Source: an uncultured Anaerolineales bacterium | Lineage (GTDB): Bacteria; Chloroflexota; Anaerolineae; UBA7937; B3-Chlor | Direction: 5' to 3' | Length of the DNA: 64,000 nucleotides | Assembly (NCBI GenBank): GCA_964347945.1 | Contig: CAYGAW010000194.1 | Coordinates: forward strand, 1,303-65,302 | Shown: positions 19,196-28,329 of the stretch, piece after piece | How the letters are laid out: every line of letters begins with the position of its first letter | Position numbering within the stretch: the first letter of the stretch is position 1 | Translations under genes and position numbers: made by a program | The notes under the pieces: model-generated | Seen by the model: only the letters and a program-made list of their open reading frames with translations | Told to the model about the DNA's origin: nothing | The model's database searches: none

Positions 19196-20053
19196 CTACG
19201 GTTCCGCATTCGCTGCTTCGGCCAACCGGTAGTGAGGGCTGTCCGGGAACCGGACGTCTATGAACTCTACGGCTGCCCCCTGACTCGCCAGGCTCTCCAC
19301 TAGCGCCCTCATGATGGCCACCTTGACTTCTGCGCCCTCAGTGCCTCCGAGATGTATGCGCCAACCCTGCTCGTTCTCGAGGCTGAGTCCGTACTGCTGC
19401 GAGTAGCCGAATTCCGTGAACCCAGGCAGCAGGTCTTGGTATCTCTCCGCTGCGGCTATGATGTCCAGGTCTAGATGGTCGCCTAGCTGACGAGGCGTGG
19501 AGTCGAGATCCCTGATGAGGACCGAAGGTTCTCTTTCCGTAGGAAGGGACACAACTGTGCCTTCATCGTCCACTCCGTAGCGCTCCTGCCCAGTCTGCCA
19601 GACGACTAGTGCCTGACGCTCTCGCACGTTGACCATCATCCGGTTCGGGAGGCTGAGTTGCACTTCTGCTTCCCTTATGTCCGGAAGAGTGGAGATGGCC
19701 TCTTCAAGCTCCTGCGGGTCCATGAAGAAGATGCTGAATCCCTCCATGTTCGTCTGCCTCATGATCTCTTCTGCCGACACCAAGGTGCTGCCCAGGACCG
19801 TAGGTTCGTAGACGTAGAAAGAATCGGACGCGAAGAAGAAAGCCAGCAGTGAAAGTAGCACCAAGGCCAAGAGGAGGCTGGCAAGCTTCGGGCCCATCGT
19901 CACTCTCGCTCGGCCGGCAGGCCGCATCGGCAGCTTCTCTCGCGCCACTTCCAGTTCGTAATTCCGTCCGAGGCGCATTTGCGAACGACGCCGCCTCGTC
20001 TTCGTTCTCCTTGTACCGAGCAGCGATGCCACGCTAGTATCTACCTCCCGCAT
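19196..20053 (-). CDS. ftsQ: Cell division protein FtsQ/DivIB (POTRA domain)
   Basis: Basic N-terminus, a single TM (LASLLLALVLLSLLAFFF), and a POTRA-like region. It occupies the canonical murB-ftsQ-ftsA position. Confidence 0.85.
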   Translation of the reverse strand: MREVDTSVASLLGTRRTKTRRRRSQMRLGRNYELEVAREKLPMRPAGRARVTMGPKLASLLLALVLLSLLAFFFASDSFYVYEPTVLGSTLVSAEEIMRQTNMEGFSIFFMDPQELEEAISTLPDIREAEVQLSLPNRMMVNVRERQALVVWQTGQERYGVDDEGTVVSLPTEREPSVLIRDLDSTPRQLGDHLDLDIIAAAERYQDLLPGFTEFGYSQQYGLSLENEQGWRIHLGGTEGAEVKVAIMRALVESLASQGAAVEFIDVRFPDSPHYRLAEAANAEP

Positions 20054-20056
20054 TGT

Positions 20057-20986
20057 CTATGCGTGTGCCCATTCGCCGACCAGTTCTATCTCCAATTCCA
20101 GCTCCACATCGTGAAGTTGGTGCACCTTATCCTTGACCAACTCGATCAGTTGGAGCACATCGGTGGCCGCGGCGGATCTCAAGTTTACGACGTAGTTGGC
20201 ATGTTTGAGCGAGACTTGAGCGTCACCGACCCTTCTACCTTTCAGTCCTGCCTGTTCTATCAACTGGGCCGCGGAGAGCCCAGGCGGATTCTTGAACACG
20301 GAGCCGGCGCTCGGTTCGTGAGGCTGGGCAGCGCGCCGGAGGGCGTCATACTGAGCCACACGATCACTCAGAAGCTGGGGGGATTCCGGTGAGAGAAGCA
20401 GGTCCGCGGATAGAATCACTTCAGCTGGAGACTGCTGCTCTCTGAACCGACTTGCACGGTAGCTGAGTTTGAGTTGCTCGGCCGCGAGTTCTTGCACCGC
20501 GCCGACTTGGTCCAAGATCGTGACTCTGCGTACCACGTCGGCGATTGCTCCATCGTAGGCTCCTGCATTGTTGACAATGGCACCTCCCATGGTGCCCGGG
20601 ATACCTGCGGCCCATTCGAGCCCCTGTGATCCGCTTGCGGCGCTCTTGCGCGCCAGACGTGCTAGCGGCGCGCCGGCTTCAGCGTGCAGGATCTGCGATT
20701 TCGAGTCCAATGCAAAGCCCTGGCATCGATTCTCGATCACCAGACCTCTGAAGCCCTCATCCGACACGAGAAGGTTGGTGCCCCTGCCGATGACGAGACA
20801 AGGTCGACCTAGCTCCCGCGCGAGCTTCACCCATCCACACAATTGCTCCTGGTTCTTGACCACGGCTAGGTAGTCCGCTGGTCCGCCAATGCGATAGGAG
20901 GTGTGATTGCTGAGCGGCTCATTGCGCAGCAGTCCGGCCTCTAGCCCTCTCTCCCGAGCCACAATGTGCAGCTCATTCTCGGCCAT
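20057..20986 (-). CDS. murB: UDP-N-acetylenolpyruvoylglucosamine reductase
   Basis: FAD-binding domain (RIGGPADY) and GGAIVNNAGAYDG. The start overlaps the murC stop by 1 nt (TAATG). Confidence 0.93.
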   Translation of the reverse strand: MAENELHIVARERGLEAGLLRNEPLSNHTSYRIGGPADYLAVVKNQEQLCGWVKLARELGRPCLVIGRGTNLLVSDEGFRGLVIENRCQGFALDSKSQILHAEAGAPLARLARKSAASGSQGLEWAAGIPGTMGGAIVNNAGAYDGAIADVVRRVTILDQVGAVQELAAEQLKLSYRASRFREQQSPAEVILSADLLLSPESPQLLSDRVAQYDALRRAAQPHEPSAGSVFKNPPGLSAAQLIEQAGLKGRRVGDAQVSLKHANYVVNLRSAAATDVLQLIELVKDKVHQLHDVELELEIELVGEWAHA

Positions 20987-22413
20987 TATTTGATCTTCTC
21001 CCTGCGGTGAAGGCTGGCCAGCACTTCTTCACCAACGCGCCACACGTCGCCGGCGCCCATGGTTATGAGCACGTCACCGCGCTCCAACTTGGTGGTGACC
21101 CAGGCGCTGGCTTCGGTCAGGTCGGCGATGTGAATCGCCTGTGGGTGAGTCATCATTCCCACCAGATCCTTCGCGCCGATGCTCAGGTTGTTCTGTTCTC
21201 GAGCGGCATAGATCGCTGTTACGACTACTCCGTCGGCATCCTGGAACGCGGTCGCGAACTCCGCGAGGAGGGTCTTGGTTCGGCTGTAGGTATGGGGCTG
21301 GAACACAACCCATATGGTGCGGCCGTCGTATCTTTGGCGTGCGCCGGCCAGGGTAGCCTTGATCTCACTGGGATGATGAGCATAATCGTCCACGACTGTT
21401 ATCCCGTCAACCTCACCTTTTATCTGGAACCGGCGCTCCACTCCCTGGAAGTCCCTCAGTGTGTCGCGGGTGCAATCCGCATCTACCCGAAGATAGTCGG
21501 CCATGCCTATGGCTGCCAAGGCGTTGGACACATTGTGGACACCGGGGACGCTGAGCTGGAATGGACCTTTCTCTTCACCATCCGCTATCACGTGGAAGTC
21601 ATACCCGCCCAGAGCGTTGTCATGGAGGTCTGCGGCTCTCCAGTTGACGTCGTAGCCCAGACCATAGGTGCTTACCTTCACTCCTCCCAAGCGATCAACG
21701 ACCTCTCTCACTAGAGGGTCATCTCCGTTGGCCATTAGAAAGCCACCTGCCGGCAGCTTCGAAAGAAAGGCTTGGAAGGCCTCTGACATGTCATCCAGGT
21801 CCGCGAAGCAGTCGGGGTGATCCATTTCAATACTTGTTACTACAGCTGCCTGGGGGCTGAGGGCCAAGAACGTGCGATCATATTCATCTGCCTCGAGCAC
21901 GAGGTGCTGGCCCTTGCCTGCCTTGGCATTGGTACCTAGTTCGGGCACGATGCCGCCGACGATGATGGTCGGGTCCAGGTTGGCGTTCTCCAGAATAAGA
22001 GCTATCATGGCGGTGGTGGTGGTCTTGCCGTGGGTTCCGGCCACCGCGATGCTATATCGGTTTCTCATCAGCCAGGCCAGCATCTGCCCCCTTTTCAGCA
22101 CCGGTGTGTGCCTGTTCCTGGCCTCTACCACCTCGGGGTTATTCGCGGGTACAGCGGAGGAGACCACCACGAGAGATGCTCCACCGAGGTTCTCCTCCGC
22201 ATGCCCTGCGTATACAGTGGCCCCCAGCTTCACCAACTCCCGGGTGATGGGGGAGAGGCGGAGATCCGATCCAGAGACACTGTATCCGCTCTGCAAGAGT
22301 ATGCGGGCGATCGCGCTGAGGCCAATGCCGCCGATGCCCACAAAATGCACGCGGTCGCGTGGTGTCAATGTCCAGTCCGGTTTTTCACTCCCGTGTCTCG
22401 CGCCCGCGGTCAT
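20986..22413 (-). CDS. murC: UDP-N-acetylmuramate--L-alanine ligase
   Basis: GIGGIGLSAIA, GTHGKTTTTAM and DDYAHHPSEI motifs. The start was taken at the internal ATG (MTAGARHG), which overlaps the upstream stop by 1 nt. Confidence 0.93.
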   Translation of the reverse strand: MTAGARHGSEKPDWTLTPRDRVHFVGIGGIGLSAIARILLQSGYSVSGSDLRLSPITRELVKLGATVYAGHAEENLGGASLVVVSSAVPANNPEVVEARNRHTPVLKRGQMLAWLMRNRYSIAVAGTHGKTTTTAMIALILENANLDPTIIVGGIVPELGTNAKAGKGQHLVLEADEYDRTFLALSPQAAVVTSIEMDHPDCFADLDDMSEAFQAFLSKLPAGGFLMANGDDPLVREVVDRLGGVKVSTYGLGYDVNWRAADLHDNALGGYDFHVIADGEEKGPFQLSVPGVHNVSNALAAIGMADYLRVDADCTRDTLRDFQGVERRFQIKGEVDGITVVDDYAHHPSEIKATLAGARQRYDGRTIWVVFQPHTYSRTKTLLAEFATAFQDADGVVVTAIYAAREQNNLSIGAKDLVGMMTHPQAIHIADLTEASAWVTTKLERGDVLITMGAGDVWRVGEEVLASLHRREKIK

Positions 22414-22964
22414 TATCTCAGAACCCTCATCACGATCATGAACGGTACGAGGAAGAGCAAGTATGGCTCCAGCAGGGGGACAGGTATTAGCGGCACGAGA
22501 TAGGTCTGAGCGAGGTCCGTTAGTGGCGGCTGGAAAAGCCCCAGGACCTGGATCGGGTAGTTGAAGACATGCAGGTAATACCACATCGTGCCCGCAATCA
22601 AGTATCCGTTAAGCAGCCCGCCAATGAGATTGAGCGTGATACCTATGGGCCCCCTCGGCGGCATACCAGAGAACGCTAGAGTGTCCCCGTGATAGGATAT
22701 GACAACGACTAGCAAGAAAATCAGTATATAGAACAGGGATTGGATTAGATCGCCATAGTGACCTTCCAAGATGATGCTACCGCTGCCATAGCTTGACAAG
22801 TACGCATCGACCACTCGCAGTATGGACTCCCCTCCTCGCGTTAGCAGCAGCAAGGCAGCCAAGATCGTCGTCGTTACGCCCAACTCTTTTGGGTACCCTC
22901 GGACGACACCCACTACGGCAAAAACGGCGATGAGCACGGCCCATAGAATTTCGAGCGGTCCCAC
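22413..22964 (-). CDS. Integral membrane protein, CvpA-like (weak call)
   Basis: 183 aa with 4-5 TM helices. TM1 is followed by RGYPKE, resembling the CvpA RGFxxE arrangement. It is embedded between murG and murC. Confidence 0.45.
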   Translation of the reverse strand: MGPLEILWAVLIAVFAVVGVVRGYPKELGVTTTILAALLLLTRGGESILRVVDAYLSSYGSGSIILEGHYGDLIQSLFYILIFLLVVVISYHGDTLAFSGMPPRGPIGITLNLIGGLLNGYLIAGTMWYYLHVFNYPIQVLGLFQPPLTDLAQTYLVPLIPVPLLEPYLLFLVPFMIVMRVLR

Positions 22965-23011
22965 CTGTGGCCTCCTTCGGCCAGATCTCCTTCTATATCC
23001 TTCGACAATCC

Positions 23012-23689
23012 CTACTGCTGCGGTTCCGTCGGTCGCATTAGACGCACCGCCACGCTGACAAACGCCACTAGAAACGTCAGCAGAACCACCGCAGTACTCA
23101 CACGAGGCACGCTGAGCGATCCAGAGAAACTCTGCGCGACCCGCGGGACATCGCTCCCTGCGGCTGACGTCGCGACCGCAAGCGGAATCTGCTGCCGATA
23201 GGGAAGCATGGGCAGCAACAGGTAGCTCAGCGTGAAGCCGTTGGCAATACCGATCACTGCGCCTACAAGTCTCTGAACTACGGAAGCTGGCTTCCTGCCG
23301 AAACGCATGACGAACAGAAATGTGGCCAGTACCGTCAGCACGAAGATCGTGAGAAAGACCAGGTGTGCTTGGTCTGGGCTACTCGGATCCACGAGAACTG
23401 CCGTCGTAACATCAGCCGGCTGCGCGCAAGCGGCTGAGTCGACCTCTCCAGAACATGAGGTGACGAATCGGAGACCCCTATACGCCACGTTGACGAGGCC
23501 CACCAGGGCATCCCCCTTTGCCCTCAACAGAGCCCAGGTGGACACGATGGGCACGAACGCCATCAATTGCCCTTTCCACCCACGTTTGAGTCCAAGGGCG
23601 GTGGATGCGGTCAGTGCCGCAACGAGCACGATCAGGAACTGGAGCATGGCAGGTTCGAAATGCATAGTAATCGGGTTCTCCATGAACAA
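23012..23689 (-). CDS. Integral membrane protein, CvpA-like (weak call)
   Basis: 225 aa. TM1 is followed by KRGWKGQ. It has about 4 TM helices and a Cys-containing extracytoplasmic loop, and lies immediately downstream of murG. Confidence 0.4.
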   Translation of the reverse strand: MFMENPITMHFEPAMLQFLIVLVAALTASTALGLKRGWKGQLMAFVPIVSTWALLRAKGDALVGLVNVAYRGLRFVTSCSGEVDSAACAQPADVTTAVLVDPSSPDQAHLVFLTIFVLTVLATFLFVMRFGRKPASVVQRLVGAVIGIANGFTLSYLLLPMLPYRQQIPLAVATSAAGSDVPRVAQSFSGSLSVPRVSTAVVLLTFLVAFVSVAVRLMRPTEPQQ

Positions 23690-23690
23690 A

Positions 23691-24794
23691 TCAGTTCGGG
23701 TGCGCTATGTCCTTCAGTAGTCCAGCGATGCGTCGGGCAGCGTCGGGCCGCGCCAGGCGACGGGCGCCGTCGCCGAGTCTATCCAGCTTCCGTTGATCCG
23801 CCAACAGGTCGCTGACGGTCTGTAGCAGGATCCCTTCTTTCAAGTCTCCATCATCTATCCTGACAGCAGCTCCATTGTGGACCATGTAGTCCGCGTTCAA
23901 CTCCTGATGCTTTCCTGCGTAGGGATAGGGGATCAGGATGCTGGGCAGCCCTACCGCTGGGAACTCCGCAGTCGTCGCGGCGCCAGCACGAGCGACCACC
24001 AGATCCGCGGCTGCCAGGGCAGCGATCATTTCGTCGTGCAGATAGGCGCACACGGTGTACTTCTCAGCCAGAGCGGGGGGCAGTTCGTCCCTCCGTGCCT
24101 GGAGCCAAGGCGCATCCGTATCTCCGCCGATGTGCACCACCTGACACATCTGCAGCAGTTTCTCCAAAGCATCGCTCACTGCCGAGTTGATGCTGTGCGC
24201 ACCCTGGCTACCACCAAAGACCAAGAGCGTTTTCTCGCTCTCGTCCAGACGGAGTTTGCGCCGGGCAGAAACCTTGTCAGTCTTGAAGAGTTCTTCCCTG
24301 ACCGGATAGCCGGTGACCACAGCCTTGCCAGGCGGGAAGTAGTTCTTGGATTCCGGAAACGAGACAGCTATGGCGGTTGCGAATCGGGTCAGGAAGCGTA
24401 TCGCCAGTCCCGGCGTCAAGTCTGGCAGGTACACGAGGGTTGGTACGCCCCTCATCCAGGCGGCGACAATGGGCGGGGCGCACACGTATCCTCCGGTAGC
24501 CAGCACCGCTTGTGGCGAGAATCGGTCTATGACTCTCAAGGATTGGGCCGTACCGCGCGCAAGTCGAATGATTCTGGGCAGCAGCGTCCAGGGCGACGAA
24601 CCCTTCAAGCTAGCCGTGCTTATGTCTTGAAAGGGCCAGCCCGCTCTTGTGGCTAGGTCAGCCTCGATTCCTGACGCGCTCCCCACGTATTTGACCTCCG
24701 TCGGAGACGTGTTCTCGCTAGTCAACTGTTGCAGGACGGCCAGTATGGGGTAGACGTGTCCGCCCGTCCCTCCCCCCGATACCAAGAGGCGCAT
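23691..24794 (-). CDS. murG: UDP-N-acetylglucosamine--N-acetylmuramyl-(pentapeptide) pyrophosphoryl-undecaprenol GlcNAc transferase
   Basis: MRLLVSGGGTGGHVYP G-loop and a C-terminal GT28 domain. The start can be no later than 24794, so it overlaps the ftsW 3' end. Confidence 0.93.
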   Translation of the reverse strand: MRLLVSGGGTGGHVYPILAVLQQLTSENTSPTEVKYVGSASGIEADLATRAGWPFQDISTASLKGSSPWTLLPRIIRLARGTAQSLRVIDRFSPQAVLATGGYVCAPPIVAAWMRGVPTLVYLPDLTPGLAIRFLTRFATAIAVSFPESKNYFPPGKAVVTGYPVREELFKTDKVSARRKLRLDESEKTLLVFGGSQGAHSINSAVSDALEKLLQMCQVVHIGGDTDAPWLQARRDELPPALAEKYTVCAYLHDEMIAALAAADLVVARAGAATTAEFPAVGLPSILIPYPYAGKHQELNADYMVHNGAAVRIDDGDLKEGILLQTVSDLLADQRKLDRLGDGARRLARPDAARRIAGLLKDIAHPN

Positions 24795-25932
24795 CGTGCT
24801 CCTCTGCCTTCTCTCCAGTGCCCCGGGAAACACTCAATAAGACGCCCACGCCCATCATCGAGATCACGAGTGATGAACCCCCCAGGCTGATGAAAGGCAA
24901 GGGAAGACCAGTGAACGGTAGAGTGTCCGTCACCACAGCTATGTTGATCAATGCCTGGAACGTCAGCCAGATGGTTATGCCTGACGCCAGTATGAAACCG
25001 AAGGAATCCTCTGCTCGGAAAGCGACCTTGAAGCCTCGATAGGCCAAGGCCGTGAAGAGACCCAGTACGAGGAGGCACCCTATCAGTCCTAGCTCCTCGC
25101 CCAAGACCGCGAATATGGCGTCGCTCTCAGACGCAGGGAGGAGCCCTTTCTGCTGACCTGAGCCGAGGCCAACTCCTGTGACTCCTCCTGAACCCAGAGT
25201 CACCAGCGTGTGCATGACCTGGTATGTATCCTGAGCCAGCCCCGCGCTAAAAGGGCTCTGCAGAGCGCTGAAGGGGTCCTGGGAGAACGCGACAAGCCTG
25301 TCCCATGCGTACTCGTAGTTGGCGATGATCAGTAGAAGCGTGCTGCCTCCTACTACGGAACTGATTGCCAACTGGATTAGGTCGGCTCCGGCGATGAAGA
25401 ACATGCTTCCGGCGGTAGCCACAATGAGGATAGTGGTACCGAAATCAGGCTCGAGAATGATCAAACCTGCGATAATGCCGATAAGAACGGCAAAGGGAAC
25501 CAGCCCGTATGTGACTTGTCTGAGCTTCTCCCCTTTGGAGGAGAGCCAGTGCGCTATGTACAAGACCATCGCCAGCTTGCAGATCTCGCTAGGTTGGATG
25601 GAGTCTCCGAGGATCCTGCGTCTGGCACCGTGCACTGCTGGACCCGCGAGGAGAACGTAGAGCAGAAGAGCCAACGTCAGCAACATGAAGATAACGGAGA
25701 ACTTCTGCCATTTGTGATACTCGACTCTCATCAAGAGAAGCATGATGTCAAGCCCCATGGCAGCCCAAACCGCCTGCCTGATGAGATAGTAGGTTGGCTG
25801 CCCGGAACGGGTGTAACCCAGCGCGAAAGTAGAGCTGTAGACCATGATCAGGCCGACGAGAACAAGGGCAACGACTATGAGCAGAAGTATGTAGTCGGGT
25901 CTGTCGCGTCCCTCTAGTAGGTTTCTTCGCAT
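24718..25932 (-). CDS. ftsW: SEDS-family peptidoglycan polymerase FtsW
   Basis: 10-TM SEDS protein with PESHTDFIF-equivalent ASESDAIFAV and PFISLGGSS motifs, in dcw context. I chose the ATG at 25932 (RBS GGAG); an alternative GTG lies at 25974. Confidence 0.9.
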   Translation of the reverse strand: MRRNLLEGRDRPDYILLLIVVALVLVGLIMVYSSTFALGYTRSGQPTYYLIRQAVWAAMGLDIMLLLMRVEYHKWQKFSVIFMLLTLALLLYVLLAGPAVHGARRRILGDSIQPSEICKLAMVLYIAHWLSSKGEKLRQVTYGLVPFAVLIGIIAGLIILEPDFGTTILIVATAGSMFFIAGADLIQLAISSVVGGSTLLLIIANYEYAWDRLVAFSQDPFSALQSPFSAGLAQDTYQVMHTLVTLGSGGVTGVGLGSGQQKGLLPASESDAIFAVLGEELGLIGCLLVLGLFTALAYRGFKVAFRAEDSFGFILASGITIWLTFQALINIAVVTDTLPFTGLPLPFISLGGSSLVISMMGVGVLLSVSRGTGEKAEEHDAPLGIGGRDGRTRLPHTGRPATVD

Positions 25933-25957
25933 CTCTACTCCACGTGGAAGCTTGAAG

Positions 25958-27331
25958 TCATTGCTTGAAGCCACTCAGGTCACGCACCAAGGCCTTGAAG
26001 TGATCCCCTCTCTCAGCAAAGTCCCGGTACAAGTCAAAGCTGGTGAAAGCGGGTGACAGTAGAACGAGGTCGCCCGCTTCACTTATCCGGCGGGCGGTCT
26101 GGACCGCCTGGGCCAGATCCGAGGAACGGAAGATGGGCAAATCTATCTCCCCCTTGTCTCGGAGGACATCAATGACTGCTTCTTCTAGCACAGGTGCTGC
26201 TTGGCCGAAGAGGATGAGGGACTTCGCCTTCTCTACGATGCGTTCGGCCAACTCCCCAAGAGGTAGGTGTTTCTCACGTCCGCCCGCCAAGAGAATAATG
26301 GGCTCTGAGAAGGAGTCGAGCGCAGCGACCACCCGCTGTGGGGATGTGGCTATGGAATCGTCATAGTAGCGGACCCCGTCAACTTCTCCCACCAACTCCA
26401 GGCGATGCTCCACCCCTGCGAATGAAATGACGCCGGCACGCATCGCTTCGGTGTGTGCCCCAGCTGCCGCGGCGATGGCACAAGCGGCCAGGGCGTTCTC
26501 TACGTTGTGCGAACCGGGCAACCGCAATTCGGAGGTATGGCAGATGCTCATCTCGTCCCCGTGTAACCGGACGATGATTCGCTGTTGGTCCAAGCAAGCG
26601 CCCGCAGTAACCTGATTTTGTCGGCTGAAGAGTAGTACCTGTCCGCGACACTCCTTGAGGAGTTGGTGCGTCAACGGTTGATCAGCGTTGAGGACTGCGT
26701 AATCGTCCTCGTTCTGGAACCGGACAATGTTCGTTTTGGCGTTGACATAATCGTCTATCGACTCGTGTCTATCAAGATGGTCCGGTGAGAGGTTAAGGAT
26801 AGCGGCGATATGCGGGCTTTGGTCCAGAACTTCAAGCTGGAAGCTGGATAGCTCCATGACTACCTTGTCGAGGGGTTGGATGTCCTCCACAATTCCTATC
26901 AAAGGGGAGCCGATGTTCCCGCCCACGAAGGTTCGGTATCCGGCTGCGCGCATGATCTCGCCTACCAGGCTGGTGGTTGTCGTCTTCCCGCTGCTGCCAG
27001 TGACGCCGATGATCGGTGCTGGGCAGAGGCTAAAGAAGAGCCTCGTCTCACTACTGAGGGCCACTCCTCGCCGCAGAGCCTCCAGAAGGATGGGGATGTC
27101 CCGTGGCACACCAGGGCTTACAAAGATGATGTCGGTATCCAGCAACTCGTCGGGATGGCTTCCCAACACATACTGGATCGGCAAGGCCTTGAGTTCTTCT
27201 ATCCTGTCCCTCAGTGCTTCTTCGCTCTTCATGTCACTGATGGTGACTTTTGCCCCATGCTGAGTCAGGAACTTCGCCAAAGCGGTTCCTTCGCGTCCCA
27301 GTCCGATAATCGCTACTCTTTGGTTTGGCAT
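25958..27331 (-). CDS. murD: UDP-N-acetylmuramoylalanine--D-glutamate ligase
   Basis: N-terminal Rossmann motif (IIGLGREG) and GVTGSSGKTTTTSL, in dcw position. Confidence 0.93.
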   Translation of the reverse strand: MPNQRVAIIGLGREGTALAKFLTQHGAKVTISDMKSEEALRDRIEELKALPIQYVLGSHPDELLDTDIIFVSPGVPRDIPILLEALRRGVALSSETRLFFSLCPAPIIGVTGSSGKTTTTSLVGEIMRAAGYRTFVGGNIGSPLIGIVEDIQPLDKVVMELSSFQLEVLDQSPHIAAILNLSPDHLDRHESIDDYVNAKTNIVRFQNEDDYAVLNADQPLTHQLLKECRGQVLLFSRQNQVTAGACLDQQRIIVRLHGDEMSICHTSELRLPGSHNVENALAACAIAAAAGAHTEAMRAGVISFAGVEHRLELVGEVDGVRYYDDSIATSPQRVVAALDSFSEPIILLAGGREKHLPLGELAERIVEKAKSLILFGQAAPVLEEAVIDVLRDKGEIDLPIFRSSDLAQAVQTARRISEAGDLVLLSPAFTSFDLYRDFAERGDHFKALVRDLSGFKQ

Positions 27332-27354
27332 AGGCCATGTTGCAACCGGAAGTG

Positions 27355-28329
27355 CTATAGTAGAGCCAGAGCTATGCCCAGCATGGCCGCCAACACGCTC
27401 ACAAGCCAGAATCGCTGCACTACGTGTACCTCAGACCACCCCAGCAACTCGAAGTGATGGTGCAGGGGTGTCATCTTGAAGATTCGCTTCCCCCCGGTCA
27501 GTTTGAAGTACCACACCTGCAATATCATAGATAAGGTCTCTGCGACGAACACGATGCCCACTATGGGAAGCAGCAGCCATTGCCCGGTCATCATGGCCAC
27601 CACGCCCAGCACTCCTCCCAAGGCCAGAGACCCGGTGTCGCCCATGAACATCTGTGCGGGATAGGCGTTGTACCAGAGGAAGGCCATCGTCGCTCCCGTC
27701 ATGGTGAAGCAGAAGGCAACCAGGTAGAGCTGGCCTTGCAGCAGGGCGATCACACCATAGGCCGCGAAGGCGATGGCTGATGTGCTCCCGGCTAGGCCAT
27801 CCAACCCGTCTGTCAGATTGACGGCATTGGCGGTGGCCACAATAACGAATATCGAGGCGGGTATATACCATAAGCCCAGCGAGAACTTGGTGGGTATGGA
27901 CGGCAGCGCAAAGCTCTCCAGTCGGAAAACGAAGTAGAGTACGGCCGTCGCTCCCACGGCTATGGCAACCAGCCATGCCATCTTGTACCGTGCTTTCAAC
28001 CCTCTTTCTTCCGCCGCAGGATCTCGTGCTCTTCTGAGCCCCGCCCAATCATCGATCGCTCCAACGATGGCACATGCCACCACGGTGCCGAGTGGCAGCA
28101 ACATCGATTCATGACCAATTAGATTGAAGAGAGCAGTCATGATGATAACCGGTACCACAATCGTGATTCCCCCCATGGTGGGCGTTCCGAGCTTCATTTG
28201 ATGGGACGTCGGGCCGTCGATCCTAATCTGCTCGCCGATGCCATGTGCTCGCAGGAATTTGAGCAGGAAGTAGCCGAAGGGCAGGGCCACGAAGCATGTT
28301 GCGACTCCCAAAGTCAGGGCAAAGACCAT
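27355..28329 (-). CDS. mraY: Phospho-N-acetylmuramoyl-pentapeptide transferase
   Basis: NLTDGLDGLA and MFMGDTGSLALGG motifs; 324 aa. Confidence 0.95.
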   Translation of the reverse strand: MVFALTLGVATCFVALPFGYFLLKFLRAHGIGEQIRIDGPTSHQMKLGTPTMGGITIVVPVIIMTALFNLIGHESMLLPLGTVVACAIVGAIDDWAGLRRARDPAAEERGLKARYKMAWLVAIAVGATAVLYFVFRLESFALPSIPTKFSLGLWYIPASIFVIVATANAVNLTDGLDGLAGSTSAIAFAAYGVIALLQGQLYLVAFCFTMTGATMAFLWYNAYPAQMFMGDTGSLALGGVLGVVAMMTGQWLLLPIVGIVFVAETLSMILQVWYFKLTGGKRIFKMTPLHHHFELLGWSEVHVVQRFWLVSVLAAMLGIALALL

